NCBI GenBank assembly: GCA_044229975.1
Contig: JBGARZ010000001.1
Location: 480,001 to 544,000 of the forward strand
Source of the DNA: Polyangiales bacterium
GTDB taxonomy: Bacteria > Myxococcota_A > Polyangia > Polyangiales > Ga0077539
Direction: 5' to 3'
Length of the DNA: 64,000 nt
The position numbers and the translations under genes are program-made. How positions within the stretch are numbered: position 1 is the stretch's first letter; every line of letters begins with the position of its first letter. Below the pieces are notes generated by a model, which was not told the origin of the DNA, did no database searches, and saw only the letters and a list, made by a program, of their open reading frames with translations. Below are positions 46,790 through 55,506 of the stretch, piece by piece.

Positions 46790-48430
46790 ATGGTCGCCTC
46801 ATCCCTCGCGCTGCTGGTCGCGATCCCCATGCAGCTCGCAGGCGCGGCCGGGGTCGAGCTCGCTGGTGGCTACGACTCGACGGTGCTCAACCAGAGCACG
46901 CTCAACTACGGCGACGGCGCCCTCGCCCGCGGCGCGGTCGACCTCCAGTTGGGGCATCGCACCGAGACGGTCCGGCAGCTCCTTCGCACCCGCGGCGAGT
47001 ACTACTTCACCGACGGCGAGGGGCGCCGCATCGACGAGGGCGACTTCCTCTCCATCACCCGCTACGCGCTCCACGCCGAGCCGAGCGACACCTGGCAGAT
47101 CACGGGCGAGGCGACGTACACCCTCGGCCAGTCGTCGCTGCTGCTCGGGCGCACGGGCCGCGCGTTTACGTCGTTTCAGCGCGGCGTGTACGGCGACTAC
47201 ACCGGGCAGGTGCAGGCGCAGCACGACTTCAGCGAGCGCTTCCGCGCGGGGCTGCTCGCGGGCGTGCTCGGCCGCCACGCGGTGGACATCCCCGTCGAGG
47301 TCACGCGCAACAACATGCTGACCTTCGTGTCGGCCCTCGAGACCTCCTACGAGGTCAACGACGAGAACTCCATCCTCGTGGCCGCGCGCGGCGAGTACTT
47401 CCTCGTCGACGGCTACCTCGACTGGGTGCCGCGCATCCTCGGCTACGGCGGGTTGCGCCACCGCTTCGGCGAAAACATCACCCTCACCGTCCTCGGCGGC
47501 GTCGACTCCCTCGCCGACCAGAACGACACCTCCGACTTCTTCGTCGGCCCGTACGGCAACGCCGCGCTCTCCGTGGCCATCCCCGACGAGCACCTCGCGT
47601 TCGGCCTCGGCACCCGCTACGAGTACGCCATCGTCGCCACCACGCGATGCAACCGCCCGGTGCTGGGCCAGCCATGCCCCGCGAGCGAGATCATCCCCGG
47701 CGGCACCGGCCGCGTGCTCGGCAGCAACCTGAGCTTCCTGTGGCGCCCCGGTGAAGGGCGCGTGGCCTTCACGGGCGACGTCAACGCCGACTACGGCACC
47801 ACCGAGACCGCCGTCCCCGGCATGGTCGGCGCCACCCGCGAGATCGAGTCGCTCAACCTGTCGGCGCTGGCGGGCGTGCGCTTCATCGTGTCGCGCAACC
47901 TCTCGTTCTTCGCCCGCTACAACTTCCTGTACTCGGACATCGACATGGGCGGTCCGGCCCCGCTGCCTGGTGTCATCAACGTGCTGGTGCGCCACGTCGC
48001 CTTCGCCGGCCTCACCTTCGCGCTCGGCACCGACGACGACGGGGTCACCGAGCCGATGATTCCGCTCGAAGAGATCGAAGCGTTGCAGGACGCGCAGGGC
48101 GGCTCCGGCGGAGCCCCGACCGGCGGCGAGAGCGACCCGCTCACGAGCGACCCCTTCGACCTCGTGGCCGCCGACGACGCCGCCAACCGGGTGGGCGAAG
48201 CGGGCTCCGGGCTCATCCCCCCGCCCGTCGACCCCAACGCTCCGGTCGACCCCAACGCCCCGCCGCCGCCGCGGCCGCGCACGGCGACCCAGCCGAGCAC
48301 CCACGGCTCCACGCAACGATCGACCGCGCCGGTGAACCACGGCGGCGCACCGGTCGCCCCCAACACGCCACCGTCCGGCTCGACGCCGGGTGACACCGGC
48401 CTCGCACCGCAGGGAGAATCCAACCCATGA
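46790..48430 (+). CDS. Putative outer-membrane beta-barrel for polysaccharide export (Wzp/EpsX-like)
   Basis: Signal peptide and many alternating aromatic beta strands. First gene of the PCP-OPX operon; function inferred from context. Confidence 0.6.
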   Translation: MVASSLALLVAIPMQLAGAAGVELAGGYDSTVLNQSTLNYGDGALARGAVDLQLGHRTETVRQLLRTRGEYYFTDGEGRRIDEGDFLSITRYALHAEPSDTWQITGEATYTLGQSSLLLGRTGRAFTSFQRGVYGDYTGQVQAQHDFSERFRAGLLAGVLGRHAVDIPVEVTRNNMLTFVSALETSYEVNDENSILVAARGEYFLVDGYLDWVPRILGYGGLRHRFGENITLTVLGGVDSLADQNDTSDFFVGPYGNAALSVAIPDEHLAFGLGTRYEYAIVATTRCNRPVLGQPCPASEIIPGGTGRVLGSNLSFLWRPGEGRVAFTGDVNADYGTTETAVPGMVGATREIESLNLSALAGVRFIVSRNLSFFARYNFLYSDIDMGGPAPLPGVINVLVRHVAFAGLTFALGTDDDGVTEPMIPLEEIEALQDAQGGSGGAPTGGESDPLTSDPFDLVAADDAANRVGEAGSGLIPPPVDPNAPVDPNAPPPPRPRTATQPSTHGSTQRSTAPVNHGGAPVAPNTPPSGSTPGDTGLAPQGESNP

Positions 48431-50004
48431 CCATGGGAGAAAAGGAAGACCAGCCGCTCTCGCTCAAAGACCTGCTGGCCAACTACGCCGCGCTCGCGCG
48501 ACGGGGCTTGCGGTACTGGAAGCGCGGCGCCGCCATCTTCACGGTGATCTTCATCGCCGGGATGGCGTGGGTCGTGACGCGACCGCGCACCTACCGCTCC
48601 GAGGCGCGCTTCCAGGTGCAGGAGCAGGAGCGCTCCGACGGCAACGGGCCGGGCGCCGAGGAGGTGCAGCGCTCCATCGACAACCGGCTGTCGCAGGTCT
48701 ACGGGTCGCGCACCAACATCCTCGCGCTCATCACGCGGCTGCACCTGTTTCCGCTGCTCCAGGGGAAGACGTCGGAGACCAAGCTCGCCGAGCTGTTCTG
48801 GGGCGCGCTCGACCGCAAGGTGGAGACCGACACCGTGCAGATCGGGTTCAAGTACGGCGACCCCCAGGACGCGCAGCGGGTGGTGCGCGGGCTCATCGAC
48901 CTCTTCGTCAACGCGCGGCGCAACACCGCCGTCGAGCGAGCGCGCGAGGCCTTCCAGACCATCGACGCGCAGTTTCACCAGCTGGAGCAGTCGCTCGCCG
49001 ACCGGCAGCAGTCGTTCGACCAGTTCGTGCTGGCCAACCCGGAGATGGTCGAGATCGTGCGGCGCCGACTCCAGGGCGGGCCGGTCATCAACGTGGGCGG
49101 CCCCGGCCAGCAGGTCGCGCGCCCGGAGCCGGAGAACCCCCGCGACTCGATGCGTACGCGCCGCCTGCGCACCCGCATCGCGCAGCTCACGGCGAGCGTG
49201 GAGTCGCTGCGCAACCCGGGGCAGGCGGCCGCGCCGCAGGCCGACGAGCCGGCCGCCCTCACCGAGCTGCGTACGCGGGTGCAGACCAAGCGCACCGAGG
49301 TCGAGGGCCTGCGTCAGCGCTTCTCCGCCGACTACCCCACGCGGGCCGCCGCCGAGCGTGAGCTCACCGCCATGAACAACGAGCTCGCCGCCGCCGTCGC
49401 GCGCTTCCGCGGCGCTCAGCAGAGCCAGGCCAACCTCTCGCAGTCCGAGCGCGAGCAGCGCATCGAGCAGGTCAACCGCGACCTCCAGGCGGCGCGCATC
49501 GAGCTCGCCGACAGCCAGCGCTCCGACAGCGCCGGTAGCGGCGCGCACCCCACCGCGCCCGCGCCCGTCCCCACCGCGCGCAACCCGCTCACCCGCACCA
49601 CGTTGGTCGAGGTCGAGGCCGAGTACACGCGGCTCAACACCGACGTCACCACCACCCGCGCCAGCTACCAGGAGCTCCTGCGGCGCCGCCTCGACTCGCA
49701 GGCCCTCCTGCGCCGGGCCGAGCTCAGCGGCGGCGAGCAGATTCGCGTGCTCGACGCCCCGTCGCTGCCCATCGAGCCCGAGCCGCCGGGGCGCACCAAG
49801 CTCGGGATGATCGTCTGCATCTTGGCCGGGCTCTTCGCCCTCGGCACCGCCCTCGTCTCGGGCTTCATCGACACCCGCATCTACGACCAGGACGACCTGC
49901 GTCGCTGGGGTGAGCTCGTCGAGCTGCCGTTCATCCCCGACCTGCACCTCGATGGCAGCGGCACCCGCCGTCCGCTCTCCACCCCGCCCGACCCTTCGGG
50001 ATAG
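48427..50004 (+). CDS. Polysaccharide co-polymerase / chain-length determinant (Wzc-like, no kinase domain)
   Basis: N-terminal TM + PRTYRSEA, coiled coil, YPT, IRVLDAPSLP...P + TM + DTRI. ATGA overlap. Confidence 0.85.
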   Translation: MTMGEKEDQPLSLKDLLANYAALARRGLRYWKRGAAIFTVIFIAGMAWVVTRPRTYRSEARFQVQEQERSDGNGPGAEEVQRSIDNRLSQVYGSRTNILALITRLHLFPLLQGKTSETKLAELFWGALDRKVETDTVQIGFKYGDPQDAQRVVRGLIDLFVNARRNTAVERAREAFQTIDAQFHQLEQSLADRQQSFDQFVLANPEMVEIVRRRLQGGPVINVGGPGQQVARPEPENPRDSMRTRRLRTRIAQLTASVESLRNPGQAAAPQADEPAALTELRTRVQTKRTEVEGLRQRFSADYPTRAAAERELTAMNNELAAAVARFRGAQQSQANLSQSEREQRIEQVNRDLQAARIELADSQRSDSAGSGAHPTAPAPVPTARNPLTRTTLVEVEAEYTRLNTDVTTTRASYQELLRRRLDSQALLRRAELSGGEQIRVLDAPSLPIEPEPPGRTKLGMIVCILAGLFALGTALVSGFIDTRIYDQDDLRRWGELVELPFIPDLHLDGSGTRRPLSTPPDPSG

Positions 50005-50057
50005 TCCCGCTGCCAGCGATTGCCACCGAAGCCCGCGGGTATGATACATCGCGGGCC

Positions 50058-50639
50058 ATGCGTGGACTGCGCCCCCTCTGCCTCGCCGCCCTCCTCTCCC
50101 TCCCCGCCTGCCGCGGAACGCTCTCGGGCCCTTGGCCGCCCGTCGAGTCGGGCGTGCAGGAGTACCGCGTGGGTGCGGGCGACATCGTCCGCATCTCGGT
50201 GTTCGGCAACGCCGAGCTCAACACCCGGGTGACGGTTCGTCCCGACGGCCGCATCACGCTGCCGCTCCTCAACGAGGTCACCGTCTCGGGCAAGACCATC
50301 AACGACATCACCCGCGAGGTCACCGAAGGGTACCGCCGCTTCCAGCAGGACGCGCGGGTCGCCGTGGTCGTCGAGGAGGTGCACAGCTACCGGGTGTTCG
50401 TGACCGGCAAGGTCATCCGCCCGGGTGACTTCGAGTCGCGCACCCCCGTCAACGTGGTGCAGGCCCTCGCCCTCGCCGGCGGCGGCGCGCGCGGCGCCAA
50501 CCTCGATCACATCATCGTGCTGCGCCGGGCCACCAACGGCCGCGAGGAGCGCTACGAGGTGTCCATCAACGACATCCTCGAAGGCCAGATGCAGCAGAAC
50601 TTCACGCTGCGCTCCGGCGACACCGTCGTCGTCCCCTGA
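50058..50639 (+). CDS. Short OPX (Wza-like) polysaccharide export protein
   Basis: YRVGAGD, VRPDGRITLPLL (PES motif), VTGKVIRPG, LALAGG, ends LRSGDTVVVP with no C-terminal helix. Lipobox LPAC. Confidence 0.92.
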   Translation: MRGLRPLCLAALLSLPACRGTLSGPWPPVESGVQEYRVGAGDIVRISVFGNAELNTRVTVRPDGRITLPLLNEVTVSGKTINDITREVTEGYRRFQQDARVAVVVEEVHSYRVFVTGKVIRPGDFESRTPVNVVQALALAGGGARGANLDHIIVLRRATNGREERYEVSINDILEGQMQQNFTLRSGDTVVVP

Positions 50640-50783
50640 TTGGTTGATTGAGAGACGGGTGGGAAGGTCATCCCAACCCGTCGCGAGCGCCCGGAGGCGA
50701 GCAAGGCCGCGCGAGACATACGCGGGGTATTTCGAGCGCGGCCGACCGCTGCATCCGGGTGCGCAGCAGGGGTGGGGTGACCT

Positions 50784-51272
50784 TCAGTGGTGGTGGCCGC
50801 CGTGGCCGTGCACGTGGCCGTGCGCCAGCTCTTCCTCGCTCGCCTCACGCACCGACTGAACGCTCACCTCGAAGTGCAGCTCCTGCCCCGCCAGCGGATG
50901 GTTGGCGTCGAGGCTCACCTGGTCGCCCTCGATCGCGATCACCCGCAGATGCATCGGCTCGCCGCCCGGACCCACGCCCTGTAGCTCCATGCCCACGCTC
51001 GGCGTCGGGCTCTTCGGCAGGCGGGCGCGCGCGACCTTCATCACGAGCTCTTCCTGCCACTCGCCGTAGCCGTCCTCGGGCTTCACGACGACCTTCATGT
51101 TGGTGCCCGCGGTCTTGCCCTGGAGCGCGACTTCCAGGCCCGCCACGATGTTGCCGTGGCCGTGCAGGTACACCATCGGCGCGCCGCCCTGCGAGCTGTC
51201 GATCACCTTCCCCGCGCCGTCGCGGAGCGTGTAGTCGAAGGCCACCACCGATCCATTCGCAATCGTCGTCAT
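50784..51272 (-). CDS. slyD: FKBP-type peptidyl-prolyl cis-trans isomerase SlyD
   Basis: YLHGHGNIVAGLE, PEDGYGE, DANHPLAG, His-rich tail HGHVHGHGGHHH. GAGGAG RBS. Confidence 0.95.
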   Translation of the reverse strand: MTTIANGSVVAFDYTLRDGAGKVIDSSQGGAPMVYLHGHGNIVAGLEVALQGKTAGTNMKVVVKPEDGYGEWQEELVMKVARARLPKSPTPSVGMELQGVGPGGEPMHLRVIAIEGDQVSLDANHPLAGQELHFEVSVQSVREASEEELAHGHVHGHGGHHH

Positions 51273-51536
51273 CGTCAGCTCCGTCTCCTCTCGCACCGTC
51301 ACCCGCCGCTCGGCGAGGCCGCGCAAGTTTCGGCGCAACCTGCCACCAAGCTCGCGGCGAGTCGATGCCATCGACGAGCAATCTGCCCAGAGAATTGCTG
51401 ATGGCGACAATGTAGGTGTAGTCGATCGAACAACGAGGCAGGACGACGAAGGCGCCCCGCGGGTGACCCAATGGAGGGGGCGCGCGTGGAGGGGCACCGG
51501 GCCCGCGTCATGCACTCGTCCACGACGGTGCTTCCC

Positions 51537-52400
51537 ATGAACCCTCAGGCTCCCAAAGGTCTCCGCAGCATGATGGCCCTCGTGGTCGTGGCCTCGGTCT
51601 CCGTCACGGCACATGGCGTCGCGCGAGGGCAGGATCGTCCACGCCAGCAGACGCTGACGGTTCCGCTGGTGGTGCAGCTCAACGGCACGCCGCCGGTGGT
51701 TCCCGCGGCGCCGCCGACGTCGCGCTGCCCCGATGGGATGACCCTCGCGGAGGGCGAGTACTGCACCAGCACCGATCAGCGCTGCCTGCGCTGGCTCGAC
51801 CCCGACACGCAGATGCGCTGCGCGGAGTTTGCGCCGTCGCGCTGCACCGGCCGTCGTCGGCCGCTGTCGGTGTGCATCGACCGCTACGAGTACCCCAACC
51901 AGCCGGGCGTTCGTCCGCAGGTGATGGTGAGCTGGTACGAGGCGCGCCGCGCGTGCGAGTCGCAGCACAAGCGGCTCTGCACCCAGTCGGAGTGGACCTT
52001 CGCGTGCGAGGGCCCCGACATGAACCCGTACCCCACCGGGCTGCGCCGCGACGCCGAGGCGTGCCGCATCGACCACCAGACCATCCGCCCCGACCGGCAG
52101 CGCTTGAGCAACCCCTCGACCAGCGCCGACGAGAGCGCCCGCCTCTACGAAGCCGTCCCCTCCGGCACGATGAACCGCTGCGTGTCGTGGGCGGGCGTCC
52201 ACGACATGACCGGCAACGCCGACGAGTGGACCATCAACGAGTCGGGCCGCCCGTTCCAGTCGGCGCTCAAGGGCGGCTGGTGGGGCCACATCCGCGCGCG
52301 CTGCCGCCCGTCGACCATCTCCCACAACGAGGGCTTCGTGTACTACCAGATCGGGTTTCGCTGCTGCGCCGACCCGGCCGCGTCGGCGCCGGCGCCGTGA
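51537..52400 (+). CDS. SUMF1/FGE-sulfatase domain secreted protein (Cys-rich myxobacterial type)
   Basis: CIDRYEYPN, KRLCTQSEWTFACEG, GVHDMTGNADEW, KGGWW, GFRCC. Start uncertain. Confidence 0.88.
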   Translation: MNPQAPKGLRSMMALVVVASVSVTAHGVARGQDRPRQQTLTVPLVVQLNGTPPVVPAAPPTSRCPDGMTLAEGEYCTSTDQRCLRWLDPDTQMRCAEFAPSRCTGRRRPLSVCIDRYEYPNQPGVRPQVMVSWYEARRACESQHKRLCTQSEWTFACEGPDMNPYPTGLRRDAEACRIDHQTIRPDRQRLSNPSTSADESARLYEAVPSGTMNRCVSWAGVHDMTGNADEWTINESGRPFQSALKGGWWGHIRARCRPSTISHNEGFVYYQIGFRCCADPAASAPAP

Positions 52401-52430
52401 CGCAAGCGGCTGCGCGCCGCGACACGATTG

Positions 52431-53324
52431 TCAGTACTCGCCCCGACCCGCGATGCGGATGCGCGACGCCGACTGCGTCTCGTCCCACAGCTCCCCCTCG
52501 CGCCACGCGACCTCGCCCGTGGTGCCCCAGCCCACCTCCTTCACGGTGGTGCCTTCGATGTTCATCCAGAGCAGGCCGCCGTCCGAGCGCGTCGCCTGGT
52601 CGAGGCACGCCACCCGCGTCGTCGCCCCGTTGTCCCAGTACAGCGTCGCCGCGTGCGGAACATGGATGTGCCCGCACAGCACCCAGGTCGGCCGCAGCCG
52701 CGTGACCAGCAGCGCCGCGTAGGGGTTGCCCACCTGCGGCCAGTGCGCGCGACGGATGCCCCGCGCACCCACCACCGCGACGGCGCTCTCGGTCCCGGCG
52801 ATGCCCCGCGGCCACTCGTGCATCAAAAGCAGGTCGGCGCGATCGACCGCACACGCCGCGTCGACATCGTCCTTGCGGAAGTACCCCGCCTGCTTGTTGG
52901 TCTCTGCGTTGGACGCCGGAACCCTCGGCCGAAGGTACCGCGTCGGCGCGTAGATGCCCGACAGGAAGCCCACCCGCAGCCCGTCGATGACCCGCGACCC
53001 CGCGCGGCCCAGGTAGTGGACCCCGGGCGCGAGCGTTCCGCCGTCGGGCATCACGTCGAGCTCTTCGAAGCTCTCGTTGTTGCCGCCCACGAAATAGAAC
53101 GGCCGCGCCATCTGCCGCTCGCCCGTCGCGTACGCCGAAAACTCCGCGGGCATGTTGCGCTTGGTCGCCTTGCGCCGGTGATCGTCGGGCGTCGAGAAGG
53201 TCTCCACATCGCCGACACACAACACCGAGGACACACGCTCGCCCCGCGCCTGCTCCAGCGCGTCCACCCACTCCTCGACCCGGAAGAACCTTCCGTGCAC
53301 ATCTCCGACCACGGCCACGAGCAT
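52431..53324 (-). CDS. Metallophosphoesterase, Dbr1 (RNA lariat debranching enzyme)-like
   Basis: GDVHG, CVGD, GGNNE, APGVHYLG, LSGIY, MHEWP, CGHIH, VACLD. Motif order and inter-motif sequence resemble eukaryotic Dbr1. Confidence 0.8.
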   Translation of the reverse strand: MLVAVVGDVHGRFFRVEEWVDALEQARGERVSSVLCVGDVETFSTPDDHRRKATKRNMPAEFSAYATGERQMARPFYFVGGNNESFEELDVMPDGGTLAPGVHYLGRAGSRVIDGLRVGFLSGIYAPTRYLRPRVPASNAETNKQAGYFRKDDVDAACAVDRADLLLMHEWPRGIAGTESAVAVVGARGIRRAHWPQVGNPYAALLVTRLRPTWVLCGHIHVPHAATLYWDNGATTRVACLDQATRSDGGLLWMNIEGTTVKEVGWGTTGEVAWREGELWDETQSASRIRIAGRGEY

Positions 53325-53449
53325 CGCGTCTGGCGGAGCCTACCCCAGTCCCGCCCCTGAAGGGTGCCTGACAGGCAATGTCCCGTTCTTCGGGCTTCTG
53401 AAGGGGTTTTGTGGGGTTGCGGACTTCCTGCCGCGCACCGATCAGGGTC

Positions 53450-54064
53450 TCAGCGGTAGCGGGCGAGGGTCTCGACGAAGCGTGCCTCGGCCACGTCGAG
53501 CCACGCCGCCGGGGCCTCGGCCAGGGTCGCCGCGAGGGCCTCGCTCCAACGCTCCAGGATGGACGCGCCGGGTGACTCACCCGCGGAGCGCACGGGCAGC
53601 CCGATGGCCTCGACGATGTCCTGGGCGCGCTCGGTCTCGAGCAGACGGAGGGCGTTGCGCAGGGCGGCGCGCACCCGCTCGGCCTCGATCTCGGAGAAGA
53701 CCGGGTCGGCCGGCTGACGGTGCGCCGCGAAGTACCGGCGCAGCAGCAGACCCGCGCCGTAGGTGCGGTAGACGTTGGCGACGGCGTCGGCGGCGCGACC
53801 CCCGGGGACGAAGCGCTCGATCACCCAACGAACGCCCTGCGTGACGTTGCCGCGGATGGTCGCGGTCTCCTCGATGTCCACCAGGATGCGGCGCGCCCCG
53901 GTGGTGAGCACCACGCCGTAGCTGCGCGCGAGGCGGTCGACCATGGCCGCGCGGAGGGTTCGCACCACGGGGGTGTCGACCATGGGCGGCAGCCCCAGTC
54001 GCGCGGCCCCCGCGAGGAGGCCGTACATCGCCAGCACCGAGTCGCTCTGGGCTCGTTCGCTCAT
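53450..54064 (-). CDS. Hypothetical protein (possibly DUF697-like)
   Basis: Helical ORF with LPPMVD...MVDRLARSYGV, divergent from the P450. Confidence 0.6.
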   Translation of the reverse strand: MSERAQSDSVLAMYGLLAGAARLGLPPMVDTPVVRTLRAAMVDRLARSYGVVLTTGARRILVDIEETATIRGNVTQGVRWVIERFVPGGRAADAVANVYRTYGAGLLLRRYFAAHRQPADPVFSEIEAERVRAALRNALRLLETERAQDIVEAIGLPVRSAGESPGASILERWSEALAATLAEAPAAWLDVAEARFVETLARYR

Positions 54065-54133
54065 GGGGCGACACCGTACCGGAGCGAAGGGCGCCCTGGA
54101 AGCCGTGACCCGCAACCGTTACCGTCGCGCGCC

Positions 54134-55495
54134 ATGAGCCTGCCGCCCGGCCCGACGAGCCCTACCCCCTGGATGCTGGTGCGCTGGATGCGAACGCCCT
54201 TCGAGGTCATGGAGGAGTGCCGCACACGCTACGGCGAGACCTTCCTGCTGCGCCTCGGAGCGCTGCCGCCGTTGGTGATCCTGTCCAACCCCGACCATGT
54301 GAGGGAGGTGTTCGCGAGCGCGGGCGACGACATGCACGGCGGCGAGATCGGCAGCGGCCTCAAGCCCTTCCTCGGCGAGCGCTCGGTCATCGTCCTCGAC
54401 GGTCAGCCCCACCGCGCGATGCGCAAGCTGGTGATGCCGCCCTTCCACGGCGAGCGCATGCACGCCTACGGGCAGCAGATGGTGGAGCTCACCCACGCCT
54501 CCATCGACGCGTGGCCCGTCGGCAAGACCTTCGCCGCGCACGAGCCGCTCCAGCAGATCACCCTCGACGTCATCCTGCGCACGGTGTTTGGCGTCGACGA
54601 CGCGGCCGCCCGCAAGCAGCTCGGCGACCGCCTCACGCGGCTCATGGACATCGCCTCGTGGCCGCCGCTGCTCATCCCGCAGGTGCAGCGCGACCTCGGG
54701 CCGTGGAGCCCGTGGGGCCGCTACCTGCGCGAGTCCAAGGTGGCCGACGACTCGCTCCTCGCCGAGATCGCGCGACGACGACGCGAAGGCACCGAGGGGC
54801 GAACGGACATCCTGTCGATGTTTCTCGGGGCACGCGACGAGGAGGGCAACGGGCTCGACGACCATGCCCTGCGCGACCAGCTCGTGACGCTGCTCGTCGC
54901 CGGTCACGAGACCACCGCCACCGCCCTCGCGTGGACCCTCCGCTGGGTGCTCGCCCTCCCCGCCGTGCGCGCGAAGCTGCTCGCCGAACTCCACGCCGCC
55001 GAGCGCAAGGGGCCGCTCACCCCCGAGCGCATCGCGAAGCTCGAATACCTCGACGCCACCGTGCGCGAGGCCCTGCGGATGCAGCCCGTCATCCCGCTGG
55101 TGGGGCGCATCCTCCAGCAGCCCATGCGCTTCGCGGGCTACGACCTCCCCGCGGGCGTCGGCCTCGCGCCGTCGGTCTACCTCCTCCACCAGAACCCCAG
55201 CCTCTACGACCACCCCACGCGCTTCGAACCCGAGCGCTTCATCGGCCGGCAATACAAGGCCCACGAGTGGATCCCCTTCGGTGGGGGCATCCGTAAGTGC
55301 ATCGGGATGGCCTTCGCCATCTACGAGATGAAGATGGTGCTCGCGACCATGCTGTCGCGCGTCTGGCTGCGCGTCGCGCCCGGGTACTCACCGCGCGCCG
55401 TGCGACGCAGCATCACGCTCACGCCCTCCGAGGGCATGCCCGTCATCGCCGACGCCGTGCTCCCGCGCGGCGCCCCCATCGTCGCCGCCGCTTGA
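54134..55495 (+). CDS. Cytochrome P450
   Basis: LPPGP, AGHETT (I-helix), EALR (K-helix), PERF, FGGGIRKCIG (heme Cys). Confidence 0.96.
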   Translation: MSLPPGPTSPTPWMLVRWMRTPFEVMEECRTRYGETFLLRLGALPPLVILSNPDHVREVFASAGDDMHGGEIGSGLKPFLGERSVIVLDGQPHRAMRKLVMPPFHGERMHAYGQQMVELTHASIDAWPVGKTFAAHEPLQQITLDVILRTVFGVDDAAARKQLGDRLTRLMDIASWPPLLIPQVQRDLGPWSPWGRYLRESKVADDSLLAEIARRRREGTEGRTDILSMFLGARDEEGNGLDDHALRDQLVTLLVAGHETTATALAWTLRWVLALPAVRAKLLAELHAAERKGPLTPERIAKLEYLDATVREALRMQPVIPLVGRILQQPMRFAGYDLPAGVGLAPSVYLLHQNPSLYDHPTRFEPERFIGRQYKAHEWIPFGGGIRKCIGMAFAIYEMKMVLATMLSRVWLRVAPGYSPRAVRRSITLTPSEGMPVIADAVLPRGAPIVAAA

Positions 55496-55506
55496 CCCGT
55501 CGACCC

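Noticed and set aside
54134..55495. P450 as a CYP74-like allene oxide synthase partner of the lipoxygenases
   Set aside because: It has a canonical AGHETT I-helix and a standard heme motif without the CYP74 insertion, and lies 44 kb away.
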